This document shows, piece after piece, positions 9,795 through 19,925 of a DNA stretch of 64,000 nucleotides (positions are counted from its first letter, which is position 1; every line of letters begins with the position of its first letter). The stretch comes from a virus. The notes under the pieces were generated by a model. The model saw only the letters and a list, made by a program, of their open reading frames with translations. It made no database searches and was not told where the DNA came from. Position numbers and translations under genes: made by a program. The stretch lies in the IMG/VR virus record IMGVR_UViG_3300034152_000556, positions 32,001-96,000 of that record; one strand, written 5' to 3'.

Positions 9795-12784
9795 CGGTGA
9801 TCAGCTCCTATAACTGTTAAATATGCATTCAACAGCTTAACTGATTCTGGTGTTGTATCCAGATCATGTGATTCTTCTGGTAAGTTTGGTGAGATCACAT
9901 CTCGTATATATCTATTTTTCATATCAATACAATCTGATTTAGTTGTAAGAAATTCAAATAGATTACATGGTGCATCGTGACCAATTAGACATGCGGTTTC
10001 CATCTCACCACATCTCTGACCCCCTTTGTTCTTTCTACCTCCCAACGGTTGAAGCGTTCTTCTTGCATATGCTCCAATACCACGAGCCGCTAGTTTCTCT
10101 TCAGCGATGTGAACCATTCTGAAGAAATAGATATAACCAGTTGCTATTCGATTAAGAAGATGCTGTTTGGCAACAGGATCATAAATCTGTTGTTTGTATC
10201 TTGTTTTTGTATAAGCCAACGCTTGAGTTAGATCGTGTTCCTTAATCGAATTAAAAGGTGGTTGAATCAGAGTTAAGTTATTGATAAATTCTTCGTCAAT
10301 TGTCTCTGGTAGATTTTCTTTGAATTGTTTTAGATACCAACCGGATTTGGTTTTGTCAATAATCTTAATATAATCAAGAATATACTTTTTCAAATCTTTT
10401 TGATTATCAAGCATTGTCAATGCTTGTTTTTTAAGGTCTTCTAGAGAGAGTGTCAGATGCAACTCAAACAGTTGACCGGTATTCATTCTAGAGATAATAC
10501 CAAGAGGATTGATACAAATATCAACATGACGACCATCAGGCAACTGTGGCATCTTATCTTGTGGTAATATTCTTGAGATAACACCTTTATTACCATGACG
10601 ATTTGCCATCTTATCACCCACCTGAACTGGGCGGAAGTGAACACCGAACATCTCTATCTCAATTCCGTTTATGCGTTCCTTCTTAAACTTGTATTTACCA
10701 ACAAATGAAAATTTATCTAAGTCGTTTTCTCTGATAAATCGATTTGCTTCATTTTTTGGTAGCTTGTCTTTGATGATTTTACAAAGATATGTTTCTCGTT
10801 CTTTCTGAGCTTCGATCTTTTTTTGAACCCAATCATCAAACTCTGGAACATCGGTATTCCACTCATTTGCATAAATATTTACATCCGAAATGATCATGAA
10901 TTTTTTCGCTTCAAGTCTATTCTCTTCATTGAATACTGAATAGAAATCTTCATAGTTCATAGACTTGATAATTGCATATGGTGCGCCTTTTTGAATTTTT
11001 TCGAACAGGTCTGGTAATGGTTTATATGTGTTCTCATCAATTGACATGAGAACTTTTGAAGGTGGCAATGTAAAAGATAAATCCATAAAGTGAACTGATG
11101 TTAAAATTTGATCTTTCACCAAACGATCTGAAACAACAATGCCATCTTCGTAATTATCTCCATAGTATGACATAACGGCTGTAAGTAAATTACGCCCAAT
11201 GTTTATTTTACCATCTTTACAGAAGTTGCTCTCTGCAAGAATATCACCAGCTTTGAATTGATCACCTGTTCTCACATAGATGTTCATGAAGTCCATGTGT
11301 TCAACATATATTTTGCGATAAGCTATTATGAAGATGTCTACTTCACCATCATCATACTGAACAATTAAATATTCTTGATCTAGATGAATTACCTCGCCAT
11401 CCTTCTTTGCTCTTTTTACAAATTGCGTATAATCTGTATAGAGCCATTCGCAGCCTGATTGAATATAAGGCTGTTCTAGCTTTTTTAATAAGATTGCTTG
11501 TCTCATTTGAGACGAAGCCATCTGCAATCTTGTTGGATCATCGTGTTCGCAAAATGGTGTCATTGATACGGGTATTGATATTGGTTGTTCATCACATATT
11601 TCATTGGTGAATTTTAGATTTTCATCAATTGAAACATTAGGTATCATGTTCTGTAAGACACCACAGTTGTCTCGGTCTGGTGTGTCAACCGGACATATAC
11701 GACCAAACATTGTAGGGCATATATCGCGTAAGTGCTTTGGTATATTTTCTCTTTTAAACCCACCCGGACCTAATAAACTAACTCTCGAAAGTTTGGTTAG
11801 TTCTTCAATTGGGTTAATAGAGAAATCAAACTGAACAATATCAGACACGTTTGATTCGTTGATAATTTGAGTTGAGTTAATATTAAACTTAGGTTGTCTT
11901 GCCGTTCTATTTGAAAAACACAAATCAAACACATTCTTTGCAACTTTAGACAATACCATGTATTCAAAACAGCGTACTCGCTTGTTTGTTAAAAGCGTAT
12001 CGTCTATGTATTGAGTTCTTGCGGCTTCGATCAACTCATCAAGAATTGTCTCTTGTGTTAAGAACTTTGCAGTCATGACATCAATTTTTGGTATAATGTC
12101 AAGTGCATACATCACATCTTCGCCTTTCGAACGAGCGTTGTATTTTGAATATAGACGACCAATTTCTAGAATGAAATCATCTTGAGTATATCCTTTTGAC
12201 TCTTCGTAGTAGCTCACTAGATCAGCCACCATTTGCTCATACAAAGTTTCAGGTTTTGGTATTGAAGCGTTTTTAAGGTCAAAACGTTTTGCCATTTCCT
12301 CCATACCAAAATAACCAAGCAACATTAGAGAGAATGGTGCTTTGCGTCCAAGAAAGCTCATCTTCAGATATGGTGGTTCTTTATCTTTGAACAACATGAT
12401 TGTTGCCACATTTGTTCTAAGCTTGATTGATGTGCCTCTTGTTACAACTGGTATATCAAACATTTGAAACAGAGGTATCTTCCTACGACCATTAATGAGA
12501 ACGTAGTTGTCCTCGATAAGTTTTGGAATGAACATGCTTAGATCAATTTCTGATGATCCTTTCTTCAATCTTATGACAAGCGATTGTCGAATTGTTTTAG
12601 ACAATTCACCAGTAGAAAACCTTGAGTCTTTCAGATCAAGTTCTGTAACAGCAAACCCAAGGTCTTCTGCTGGTTTTAGAATTTCTCGAACGGTCGGAAG
12701 TATCTGTTTATAGTCGTCTTGTCGAAGAGTGAAGATGTTTCTTTCTGGGTTTTGAATCTTAAAGATTGGGTTTATAATCTTCAC
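9791..12784 (-). CDS. rpoB: Multisubunit RNA polymerase beta subunit, set 1 (probable non-virion RNAP)
   Basis: GRICPVDTPD, NYEDGIV, GDKMANRHGNKGV, SRMNTGQ, GGQRCGEME. Confidence 0.93.
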   Translation of the reverse strand: MKIINPIFKIQNPERNIFTLRQDDYKQILPTVREILKPAEDLGFAVTELDLKDSRFSTGELSKTIRQSLVIRLKKGSSEIDLSMFIPKLIEDNYVLINGRRKIPLFQMFDIPVVTRGTSIKLRTNVATIMLFKDKEPPYLKMSFLGRKAPFSLMLLGYFGMEEMAKRFDLKNASIPKPETLYEQMVADLVSYYEESKGYTQDDFILEIGRLYSKYNARSKGEDVMYALDIIPKIDVMTAKFLTQETILDELIEAARTQYIDDTLLTNKRVRCFEYMVLSKVAKNVFDLCFSNRTARQPKFNINSTQIINESNVSDIVQFDFSINPIEELTKLSRVSLLGPGGFKRENIPKHLRDICPTMFGRICPVDTPDRDNCGVLQNMIPNVSIDENLKFTNEICDEQPISIPVSMTPFCEHDDPTRLQMASSQMRQAILLKKLEQPYIQSGCEWLYTDYTQFVKRAKKDGEVIHLDQEYLIVQYDDGEVDIFIIAYRKIYVEHMDFMNIYVRTGDQFKAGDILAESNFCKDGKINIGRNLLTAVMSYYGDNYEDGIVVSDRLVKDQILTSVHFMDLSFTLPPSKVLMSIDENTYKPLPDLFEKIQKGAPYAIIKSMNYEDFYSVFNEENRLEAKKFMIISDVNIYANEWNTDVPEFDDWVQKKIEAQKERETYLCKIIKDKLPKNEANRFIRENDLDKFSFVGKYKFKKERINGIEIEMFGVHFRPVQVGDKMANRHGNKGVISRILPQDKMPQLPDGRHVDICINPLGIISRMNTGQLFELHLTLSLEDLKKQALTMLDNQKDLKKYILDYIKIIDKTKSGWYLKQFKENLPETIDEEFINNLTLIQPPFNSIKEHDLTQALAYTKTRYKQQIYDPVAKQHLLNRIATGYIYFFRMVHIAEEKLAARGIGAYARRTLQPLGGRKNKGGQRCGEMETACLIGHDAPCNLFEFLTTKSDCIDMKNRYIRDVISPNLPEESHDLDTTPESVKLLNAYLTVIGADHR

Positions 12785-15486
12785 TGAATTCTTTCTCCTT
12801 TTAGTATTTTATCAAGTACTCCTGAATAACGTCCTTCGTATAGTATTCCTTGCAAGATACTTCGCTTTGGATTAGAAAACGCCATTGATAGAATCCAACT
12901 TTCTTGATTTGGTACTGATTGAACACTGTAGTAATCTGGTTCAATCTCATTTCGGTTGTCTAGCAATCGCCATTTTCTGTAATTCTTCCACATTAGCTGA
13001 GCTACAACACATTCATAATGAACATGATGTATATCGTTGTCATAGACATCAAACAACTCGTCTACAATTTCAGTGTATGTTTTTCCTTTAAATTTATGTA
13101 GTAAGGAAGACACGGTTGCGAGATCACCGATGATGTCTTGCTGTCTCATATCTTCACTTTGTCTTTCGCCTTTAATAATTGCTGATCCTGAGGTATGAAA
13201 TGTTCTCAAAACCAATTGTGTTGATCTTTCACCCAGCGTTTGTGCAGCTAATATGCCGATAAATCTACTGTTTAAACTTTTATACAAATCACCATAACAT
13301 TTTGTACATATCTTTGGTGATTTGCATAGAATAGGACTTCGAATTTCGATAGTTTTTCCAATTAAGGTGTCAATGTCATCTTTTGTTATCATAGAAAGAG
13401 TGCCATCTGGGTTTTTCATCCATCGCTTCACTAACATAGAGGCTTTCTTTCTTGTGCTGACATTAACTTCTAAGAAATCGGTTGTGCCACAATCATCCAA
13501 CGCTTCATCAAGTTGAAGGTTTGCTCCTGTAAATATCAATTTTCTTGATAGATAGCCAGATGTTCCCGTATTAAGAGCAACATCAAGAAGCCCTTTTCTA
13601 CAACCATAGGTTGAGTAGAAAAATTCTTCTTCAGTCAATCCTTCAATTAGATTGTGTTTAATTGGGAGCGGCAAAATCTCACCATCGAAATTAGAGATGA
13701 AACCGCGTGTTACAATAAGCTGCTTAACTTGATCCCAACTACCTCTAGCCCCAGACTCTATCATATATGCATATTTAAAGTGTGATTTCATCTCTTTGGT
13801 TAGAGCTTTATCTGAAATCGCCTGTAACTGTTCTCTTACATTTGGTTTGTTATAGAGACTATCTCTATACTCTTTAACTCCATCGAATATACAATCTGGT
13901 AGAGACATGGTACACCCAAATAGGGTTGAATATTTAAATCCGATTTTCTTAACATTGTCAAGAATATCCCTTGTAACTTCTTTGTTATATGTGTCTTTGA
14001 TTTCATTCAGAATTCTCATTAGAGCCTTCTTATCAACGACACCTTTTACCAACCTGAAGTCTTCGGGGAGACACTGATTAAATTCGGCTTCTCCTTGCGT
14101 TACCTTCTCACCTTTTAATAATACCTTATCTTCAGATTGATGAAATTCGTTCTTTGTCAAGAAATAAACACCAAGAATAACATCTTGGCTTGGCGTGGTA
14201 GTTAGTTTTTCATTTGCTGGGCTACTCAGGTTATTTGTAACCAATATCTTTTCTCGTATTTCTGTTTTTGCTTCTTCAGTAATTGGTATGTAAACTGCCA
14301 TTTGATCTCCATCAAAGTCTGCATTGAATGGGGGGCATACTAATGGGTGAATCTTGATCACATGCTCTAGACCAACTTTTATTTTGAACCCAAGCATACC
14401 CAAGCGATGTAGAGATGGTTGTCTATTAAGAACACAAACTTCATCTCTTACAACGTCTTGACAGACTTTAAATAGAACGGGAGATTGCATATCAATACAT
14501 TGTTCAATAAAGTCAATTGCTTTATTTAAAAGTTTGAACTTACCAAGCTCGATGATTCGTTTTGCAACAGGCAGTTTATAGATTTCTAGAATCATCAAAT
14601 ATGGCAACACACATTCGTCTAAGTTTAATGTTGGGTCTGGCGTGATTACAGCACGACCAGAGAAATCAATTCTTTTACCAAGAATGTTTCCACGAATCAG
14701 ACCTTCTTTTTTTGCCATCTTATCAAGTATCTGATCGTATAACTCTTTGACATTTTTCTGAAGTTGTTTGAAATAAGTGTAGTACAATTGTTTTTCTTTT
14801 TTGATATCAATGATCGTATCTAACATGATATCGCGTTTTGTTAAAATCTGGACATAATATCTATTGATTTTATCCATCAATTGTTTTTGCCCACCAGTTT
14901 TTGATGCTGGTCTTAGGTCGGGTGGCAATACTATGACTTTATCAATCAGAAGATTGTCTAGATTGTCTTTGATCACTTGCCATTCTTCGATCTCTTCTTC
15001 TAGATATAAGTCAGCAATCGTTTCTACCAATTTGTAGATTGCTTCAGTTCTTTCAAACTTTTCTGTTCCTTTTGGTATGTTATCGTCTGAGAGAGTCACA
15101 ACTGGGAACCCTTCACTGTCTAGATACAGTATGCTTTTCTCGTTTTTCATAAGATCGTCAAGTGCTCTCTTGATTAGTTTACCACCAAGATCGACTAGCA
15201 GATCATAGAAAAGTGGGTTGACAACGGATATGGGCATAATGATTTTTGCAAATCTCTTTCTTCTTTCGTCGCTATTTTCAATTTCGACTTTACAATCTGC
15301 ACATACCGTTCCAGCTTTCGATACTCCGTGATATTTACCACACTGACATGTGTAGTTTTTTAATGGGCCAAATATCTGTTCTGAGAATAAGCCTTCGGCG
15401 TGAAACTTCTTTTTTCCGAAAACTTTTACTGAAGTAACCTCTGGTAGTTCTTCGCAAAATTGTTGATAGTTTAAGATTTTTGGCAT
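12781..15486 (-). CDS. rpoC: Multisubunit RNA polymerase beta' subunit, set 1 (probable non-virion RNAP)
   Basis: Zn ribbon CQC...CADC, GKRIDFSGRAVI, NRQPSLH, catalytic NADFDGD, T.TSGYLSRKL, LRTFH. Confidence 0.95.
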   Translation of the reverse strand: MPKILNYQQFCEELPEVTSVKVFGKKKFHAEGLFSEQIFGPLKNYTCQCGKYHGVSKAGTVCADCKVEIENSDERRKRFAKIIMPISVVNPLFYDLLVDLGGKLIKRALDDLMKNEKSILYLDSEGFPVVTLSDDNIPKGTEKFERTEAIYKLVETIADLYLEEEIEEWQVIKDNLDNLLIDKVIVLPPDLRPASKTGGQKQLMDKINRYYVQILTKRDIMLDTIIDIKKEKQLYYTYFKQLQKNVKELYDQILDKMAKKEGLIRGNILGKRIDFSGRAVITPDPTLNLDECVLPYLMILEIYKLPVAKRIIELGKFKLLNKAIDFIEQCIDMQSPVLFKVCQDVVRDEVCVLNRQPSLHRLGMLGFKIKVGLEHVIKIHPLVCPPFNADFDGDQMAVYIPITEEAKTEIREKILVTNNLSSPANEKLTTTPSQDVILGVYFLTKNEFHQSEDKVLLKGEKVTQGEAEFNQCLPEDFRLVKGVVDKKALMRILNEIKDTYNKEVTRDILDNVKKIGFKYSTLFGCTMSLPDCIFDGVKEYRDSLYNKPNVREQLQAISDKALTKEMKSHFKYAYMIESGARGSWDQVKQLIVTRGFISNFDGEILPLPIKHNLIEGLTEEEFFYSTYGCRKGLLDVALNTGTSGYLSRKLIFTGANLQLDEALDDCGTTDFLEVNVSTRKKASMLVKRWMKNPDGTLSMITKDDIDTLIGKTIEIRSPILCKSPKICTKCYGDLYKSLNSRFIGILAAQTLGERSTQLVLRTFHTSGSAIIKGERQSEDMRQQDIIGDLATVSSLLHKFKGKTYTEIVDELFDVYDNDIHHVHYECVVAQLMWKNYRKWRLLDNRNEIEPDYYSVQSVPNQESWILSMAFSNPKRSILQGILYEGRYSGVLDKILKGERIQ

Positions 15487-15492
15487 AGACCT

Positions 15493-15735
15493 TTACTCTC
15501 CCTCACTGAAAAATTCATACATCTTTTTTGCTAACATAGCCAAATGTTCTTTGACTCTATTTGATATGATTCTGTCTAAGTCTGGCATTAGTTCATTAAC
15601 AACATCTCTAATTTCATCTTGTGTTAGTTGTATTTCATTCTTCTTTATCGTTTCTTGAATCAGACTCGATAGATTCTCCTCTAGCATTTGTGCTAGAGTT
15701 TGCATTCTCTCGTCTTTCTCGTTCTTGTTCTGCAT
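15493..15735 (-). CDS. Small helical hypothetical protein
   Basis: 80-aa ORF directly upstream of beta'. Confidence 0.6.
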   Translation of the reverse strand: MQNKNEKDERMQTLAQMLEENLSSLIQETIKKNEIQLTQDEIRDVVNELMPDLDRIISNRVKEHLAMLAKKMYEFFSEGE

Positions 15736-15940
15736 CCCGTAAACCTTTCATGATTTTGTATTTAATTTCTGTTATCTTGTAATCCCAAGCTGCTGCTATA
15801 GCAGTTGCAACTTTTTCAACAACCTTATTTAGTAACTTAGAGCCACTTTCTCGTATCAGCTGATCTATTTCTTCTACTCCCTCCTCCACTGCTTCTTCAA
15901 GTGTTTTCTTTTTTGGTTCTTGTTTGTCTTCCATACTCAC
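15635..15940 (-). CDS. Hypothetical protein
   Basis: ORF with SD; its 3' end overlaps the next gene. Confidence 0.55.
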   Translation of the reverse strand: MSMEDKQEPKKKTLEEAVEEGVEEIDQLIRESGSKLLNKVVEKVATAIAAAWDYKITEIKYKIMKGLRDAEQERERRENANSSTNARGESIESDSRNDKEE

Positions 15941-15948
15941 GCTCCTGC

Positions 15949-16293
15949 CTATGTGATTTTTGCATATTCTTTTATTTCATGCCACGGTGTAAAGTAGCAA
16001 GCGTCTAGATTAAATGTATAGATGACATTTTCTATCATCTTTTTAGTTGTTTCATTCAGTGGTAAATTCTGTAGGTTTTCAGGTAAACAAAGTTCCCTTG
16101 TTCGTGGGTCTGCATTAGGATGATTACCCAACAATTTAACTTCGTGGATTTTGTCAAAAAGTGTCTCAACGATATATCCATCTATTATCATAAATTCATC
16201 TAGCTCTATAATTTTATAATACTCGTTTTTGTATTTCATTCGTCCTGGCTTGATTTTTTTCTTCACTTTGATTCTTTTTCTTACTTGCATCAA
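15949..16293 (-). CDS. Small E2/UBC-like protein
   Basis: HPNADPRTRELC matches the UBC HPN-x7/8-C catalytic signature. Directly downstream of a ThiF gene. Confidence 0.6.
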   Translation of the reverse strand: MMQVRKRIKVKKKIKPGRMKYKNEYYKIIELDEFMIIDGYIVETLFDKIHEVKLLGNHPNADPRTRELCLPENLQNLPLNETTKKMIENVIYTFNLDACYFTPWHEIKEYAKIT

Positions 16294-17138
16294 GCAGCTC
16301 CAGTTTCAGGTATTAAAACAATATACCCATGATTGTGTAACGATATCAGATATGATGGATATTCACATGGTAATGTTAATAGAGACGTTAGACTACTTAC
16401 CACATCATAACCAGTTTTCAAAGTGTTTTGTGGTATTTTTGTCTGTGATATCGGTTGTTCCTGACTCCCAACGAACACTTCAATATCACGTTTTCTATTT
16501 TCTTCAATGATTGGTATGATGTTAGTTGGTAAGTTTACGATCTGTTGCGCTTCAGCAGCGCATTCGTATACAACTTCACCATATTTCGGTTCGATTTTCT
16601 TTAGATAATCCAGTTCATATTTCTGAATGGATTGTGTTTTTATTAGCTGTCTGATGGTCTGATTAGAGACCAGCATTGATACAATAAAAGCAGCATTGCG
16701 AATGTCATCTTTTCTTAGATCAACAAGATATCTGCCGTCCTTCTGTTCTTTATATGATACATTCTTACGACAGTCAACGATAACATACCGAGAAGATATT
16801 GAAACTCTGACATCAATTATATCTTTTCGATCACAAATAATATCCCTGCAATCAAAAACGATATCGCCTTCTGGTATCTTAGTTTCACCTTCTATAAAAG
16901 TGTCATCAATAGATTTGACAACAACACCGGGATTTTGATGAATGATGATATCAGTTAAAGCTGTAACCTTTTTAACACCAACATCGATGGGTCGATATAT
17001 TGATGTTCCAAGGTTCTTCCACTCAACGGTATCAAAATCGATCAGGGTAAGTTCTTCAGTTTCGTCTAATCGAGATAAGCTATCCGCAAGAAAGCCACCA
17101 AGCGTTCCAAGTCCTGCAATTACAAAAGATTTGTACAC
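16290..17138 (-). CDS. ThiF/E1-like adenylation domain, apparently fused to a C-terminal ubiquitin-like domain
   Basis: GLGTLGG, LIDFDTVEWKNL, GVKKV, FDCRD. C-terminus ends IVLIPETGAA. Confidence 0.7.
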   Translation of the reverse strand: MYKSFVIAGLGTLGGFLADSLSRLDETEELTLIDFDTVEWKNLGTSIYRPIDVGVKKVTALTDIIIHQNPGVVVKSIDDTFIEGETKIPEGDIVFDCRDIICDRKDIIDVRVSISSRYVIVDCRKNVSYKEQKDGRYLVDLRKDDIRNAAFIVSMLVSNQTIRQLIKTQSIQKYELDYLKKIEPKYGEVVYECAAEAQQIVNLPTNIIPIIEENRKRDIEVFVGSQEQPISQTKIPQNTLKTGYDVVSSLTSLLTLPCEYPSYLISLHNHGYIVLIPETGAA

Positions 17139-17172
17139 TGTTCAAAGCTTCCTCCGATCTGTTTGATGTTTG

Positions 17173-17198
17173 GGGGGATTCCCCTAAGAGAATCCCCC
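17173..17198 (-). terminator. Strong hairpin after the Ubl gene
   Basis: GGGGGATTC/GAATCCCCC stem; no U-tract on the minus strand. Confidence 0.5.
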
Positions 17199-17217
17199 GT
17201 CCCGGTAATGACCGCTG

Positions 17218-17703
17218 TTAGCAGCCTTTCTTACCCGCTTTTTTCATGAATTCCAGTTTGTCCTGGTCTTGCAACGTATAGCTGTCGTTGACTTTGCTGC
17301 CATTGACAATGGCATCGGCTGCGGCGTCGATGTTCAGGACATCTCTCAGGAATGCTTTCACTTCACCAACAGGTTTTCCCACTACTGGGAAGTTTCCTGA
17401 AGAAGCACCACATGAAACTTGAATTGTGGTGCTGAAACCGGCTGGACCGGCGCTCTTGTCGGTTTGCACGGTTTTGAATCCTCCGTGCATTTCGCTGATG
17501 GGGCCTGAGCTTGGTGCCGCCACTGCGAAACCGGCTGGAGCGGCGCCCGGTTTGACCGGATTGGATGCTTGGTATTCCAGAATAGCGCTGATCACGACAT
17601 CCTTCGGTTTCTTGGTGATACCGGCGATGCCCATCTCGTGATAAGCCATTCTTTTCAGTTCTTTTGCTGACATGTCTTCTAGTTGTGCTCTTGAGTAACG
17701 CAT
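17218..17703 (-). CDS. Ubiquitin-like (beta-grasp) protein with N-terminal helical HEH/Rho-N-like domain
   Basis: C-terminal V.EVKAFLRDVLNI...AIVNG....DSYTLQDQDKLEFMKKAGKKGC. N-terminal LEDMSAKELKRMA...GI....K.KD.VI.AIL. Confidence 0.8.
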   Translation of the reverse strand: MRYSRAQLEDMSAKELKRMAYHEMGIAGITKKPKDVVISAILEYQASNPVKPGAAPAGFAVAAPSSGPISEMHGGFKTVQTDKSAGPAGFSTTIQVSCGASSGNFPVVGKPVGEVKAFLRDVLNIDAAADAIVNGSKVNDSYTLQDQDKLEFMKKAGKKGC

Positions 17704-18419
17704 ACGTTTTCTCCTTCACTTACTTGCGTAGTTGTGGTGGTTTTTGGTACTTCTCTGACCTTGGCATGGCAAGCCATTTTCTCAATGTCAAAGTAAATTT
17801 CGGAAACATTAGTTTCCGCACGAATAACAACGTTGTAGAAAGCCCAGCACATTAGCGTAGCTACTCCTAGATTTGTAAAATACAGCTGGGGTTCTGATAC
17901 AGATAGTTCTTCACATGACATCTCATGTGGAGACTTATCATCGGGTTCATCGATTTCTGGATGGTATGCACAGAGGTTTGGTGTTAGATCGCGACCCCCC
18001 TTTCGTAGATATATTTGCACATTACCATCTATATAATCGTTCCCCCCTGAGATAAGACTTATATTGTTTAGGGTTGAACAATAGTCTGAGACGAGCTTGC
18101 GTGTCTTATGATTATCGACACACATAAAAATCATACAATCCTCTTTGATAATATCTTCAACGTTTTCTTCTGTGATATATTCTGTAACTGTATCAAATTC
18201 GATATTGTCAAAAATGGCTGAAAGCTCTCTCGCCTTGATGGTGGCTTTTTTTCCAAGATCGAAGAAGTCTTGTCTTTCGAAATTCTTGGCTTCATATGAA
18301 TCACCATCAACAAAGATAAATCTCGCTTGTTCTATGTCATGATTAAAATTGACATAACGAGCGAGTCGTTCGACTAGAATGGTTCCTATACCACCGAGTC
18401 CGATTACCACTATTTCCAT
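17679..18419 (-). CDS. ThiF/E1-like activating enzyme
   Basis: GLGGIG, VDGD, NFERQ, KA, CVDNHKTR, SGGN; candidate catalytic Cys in MSCEE. Confidence 0.9.
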   Translation of the reverse strand: MEIVVIGLGGIGTILVERLARYVNFNHDIEQARFIFVDGDSYEAKNFERQDFFDLGKKATIKARELSAIFDNIEFDTVTEYITEENVEDIIKEDCMIFMCVDNHKTRKLVSDYCSTLNNISLISGGNDYIDGNVQIYLRKGGRDLTPNLCAYHPEIDEPDDKSPHEMSCEELSVSEPQLYFTNLGVATLMCWAFYNVVIRAETNVSEIYFDIEKMACHAKVREVPKTTTTTQVSEGENVCVTQEHN

Positions 18420-18431
18420 TCACATTTCTCC

Positions 18432-19925
18432 TTATAGCTTTTTCAGGAATCGATTGAGACCAGATTGTAATCTCGTTCTTAGAGTATTTCCTTGAGTGGT
18501 CTTATCTATGATAACTTGTGGTACTTCTAACTCATGTGAGTCCACACCCGATTTATCAGTTAGAAAATCGCCTGAGTTGAGATTTTCATGAATCAATGCA
18601 AGTGGATCGGTGTAGTCATCTGGGTGTCTTACTTGAACCTCACCTTCTTCTTCTGCGCTTGGGTCATATTCATATAGGTCTTGACCGCCCCTTTCATCTA
18701 GGTCTTCTTGTACATCTTCTTCTGTTGCGTCGAGACTCATCAACATCATTCCAAATTCTAATGCTGATTTTCTGTAGAAACACGTTGAACATGTGTAGTG
18801 GATGCGGTAAAAAGCATCATCCTCCTCGACGCTTCCGGCTGGGTCATCATCGACCGGTTCCGTGCAGACTTCCAATGTCCATTCAAAGGCTTCGTCCCGA
18901 CAAGAGCAATCGCTGCATACGAATTCTCCGGTCGCGTCTTCTGCTTTTGGGTCCTTTCCTTTTGTTGTATCTAGTGCTTTCACTGGTGCTTTCTGTGGAT
19001 GAACTTCATCAAACCTTCGACCCCATTTTGATTCATACCAATCGAATAACCCATCGGGGTCGATTATGGGGTCAGCGCCTGATGCTGGATACATGCCACC
19101 ATAGTGCCCACCATATCCATAACCATAGCCATATGAATATTTGTAGGTTTTCTTTGTGACAAACCCAAGCCAGTTTTCATTGAACTGAATTTGATCTTCG
19201 GGAACTGTAAGCTTGAAACGACAATCCCATTTCCATTCGGTTTTCGGTTTTTCTTGCTTGTTCACTTTTGGCACAAGAGCACCATCTTTCCACACATAGA
19301 CTTGTGCGCCCGCTGACGGGTATGTGGTTACTTTTGATTTCTCTCGTGTCTGTGTGATACCTTCCATATAGTCAAGCGGGTCAACCTTGAATCGCTTTTC
19401 ATTTGCAACAATCGATGCTGTAATACTCACCTCTTCATCTGCAACATTACCGATTGTTATGTGCAAGCCATCAAAGTGTTTTTCATCAGCGATATCAACA
19501 CCAGAGTGAAAGGCTGAGAAGTTAGCGTGACTGTGAATGGTGCCAACTTTCAAATAACCATCAACAGTCAACTGGCGGTCATAGTCAATGGCTGCTGATG
19601 ATACCTCTTGTGTTGGTGGTAGCAGAATGAATAGTTTTGTTTTTGGGTCGTATAGAATCAGAACCATTGATTCTGATTTGTGGGTTGCATATACCCGTCT
19701 GAAGAATGTAACTGTGGTGGCAGTTTTGTCAGCTGGTATCTTTGGTAGATGAACCTTAGCCATTTGTTCGACGGGTTGGAGTGTTGCCACTCCACCGTCG
19801 ATTTTTGTAAGACTTTCCATGATACCAAGCTTTTTCTTCAGATAGAGTCCATCTTTTCCAACGATGTATAGAATATCATCGTTTGGCATCTCTTGTGTGC
19901 CATCATTGATAAAAACTCTAAACAT
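18432..19925 (-). CDS. JAB/JAMM metallopeptidase with long C-terminal extension (PRTRC protein A-like)
   Basis: Upstream Glu, then GTIHSHANFSAFHSGVDIADE (HxH-x7-S-x2-D). Confidence 0.88.
   Translation of the reverse strand: MFRVFINDGTQEMPNDDILYIVGKDGLYLKKKLGIMESLTKIDGGVATLQPVEQMAKVHLPKIPADKTATTVTFFRRVYATHKSESMVLILYDPKTKLFILLPPTQEVSSAAIDYDRQLTVDGYLKVGTIHSHANFSAFHSGVDIADEKHFDGLHITIGNVADEEVSITASIVANEKRFKVDPLDYMEGITQTREKSKVTTYPSAGAQVYVWKDGALVPKVNKQEKPKTEWKWDCRFKLTVPEDQIQFNENWLGFVTKKTYKYSYGYGYGYGGHYGGMYPASGADPIIDPDGLFDWYESKWGRRFDEVHPQKAPVKALDTTKGKDPKAEDATGEFVCSDCSCRDEAFEWTLEVCTEPVDDDPAGSVEEDDAFYRIHYTCSTCFYRKSALEFGMMLMSLDATEEDVQEDLDERGGQDLYEYDPSAEEEGEVQVRHPDDYTDPLALIHENLNSGDFLTDKSGVDSHELEVPQVIIDKTTQGNTLRTRLQSGLNRFLKKL

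Noticed and set aside
9791-15486. Host chromosomal rpoBC (contamination or prophage flank)
   Set aside because: The subunits are far shorter than cellular ones, in reversed order, with no ribosomal protein genes nearby, and are embedded among phage genes.
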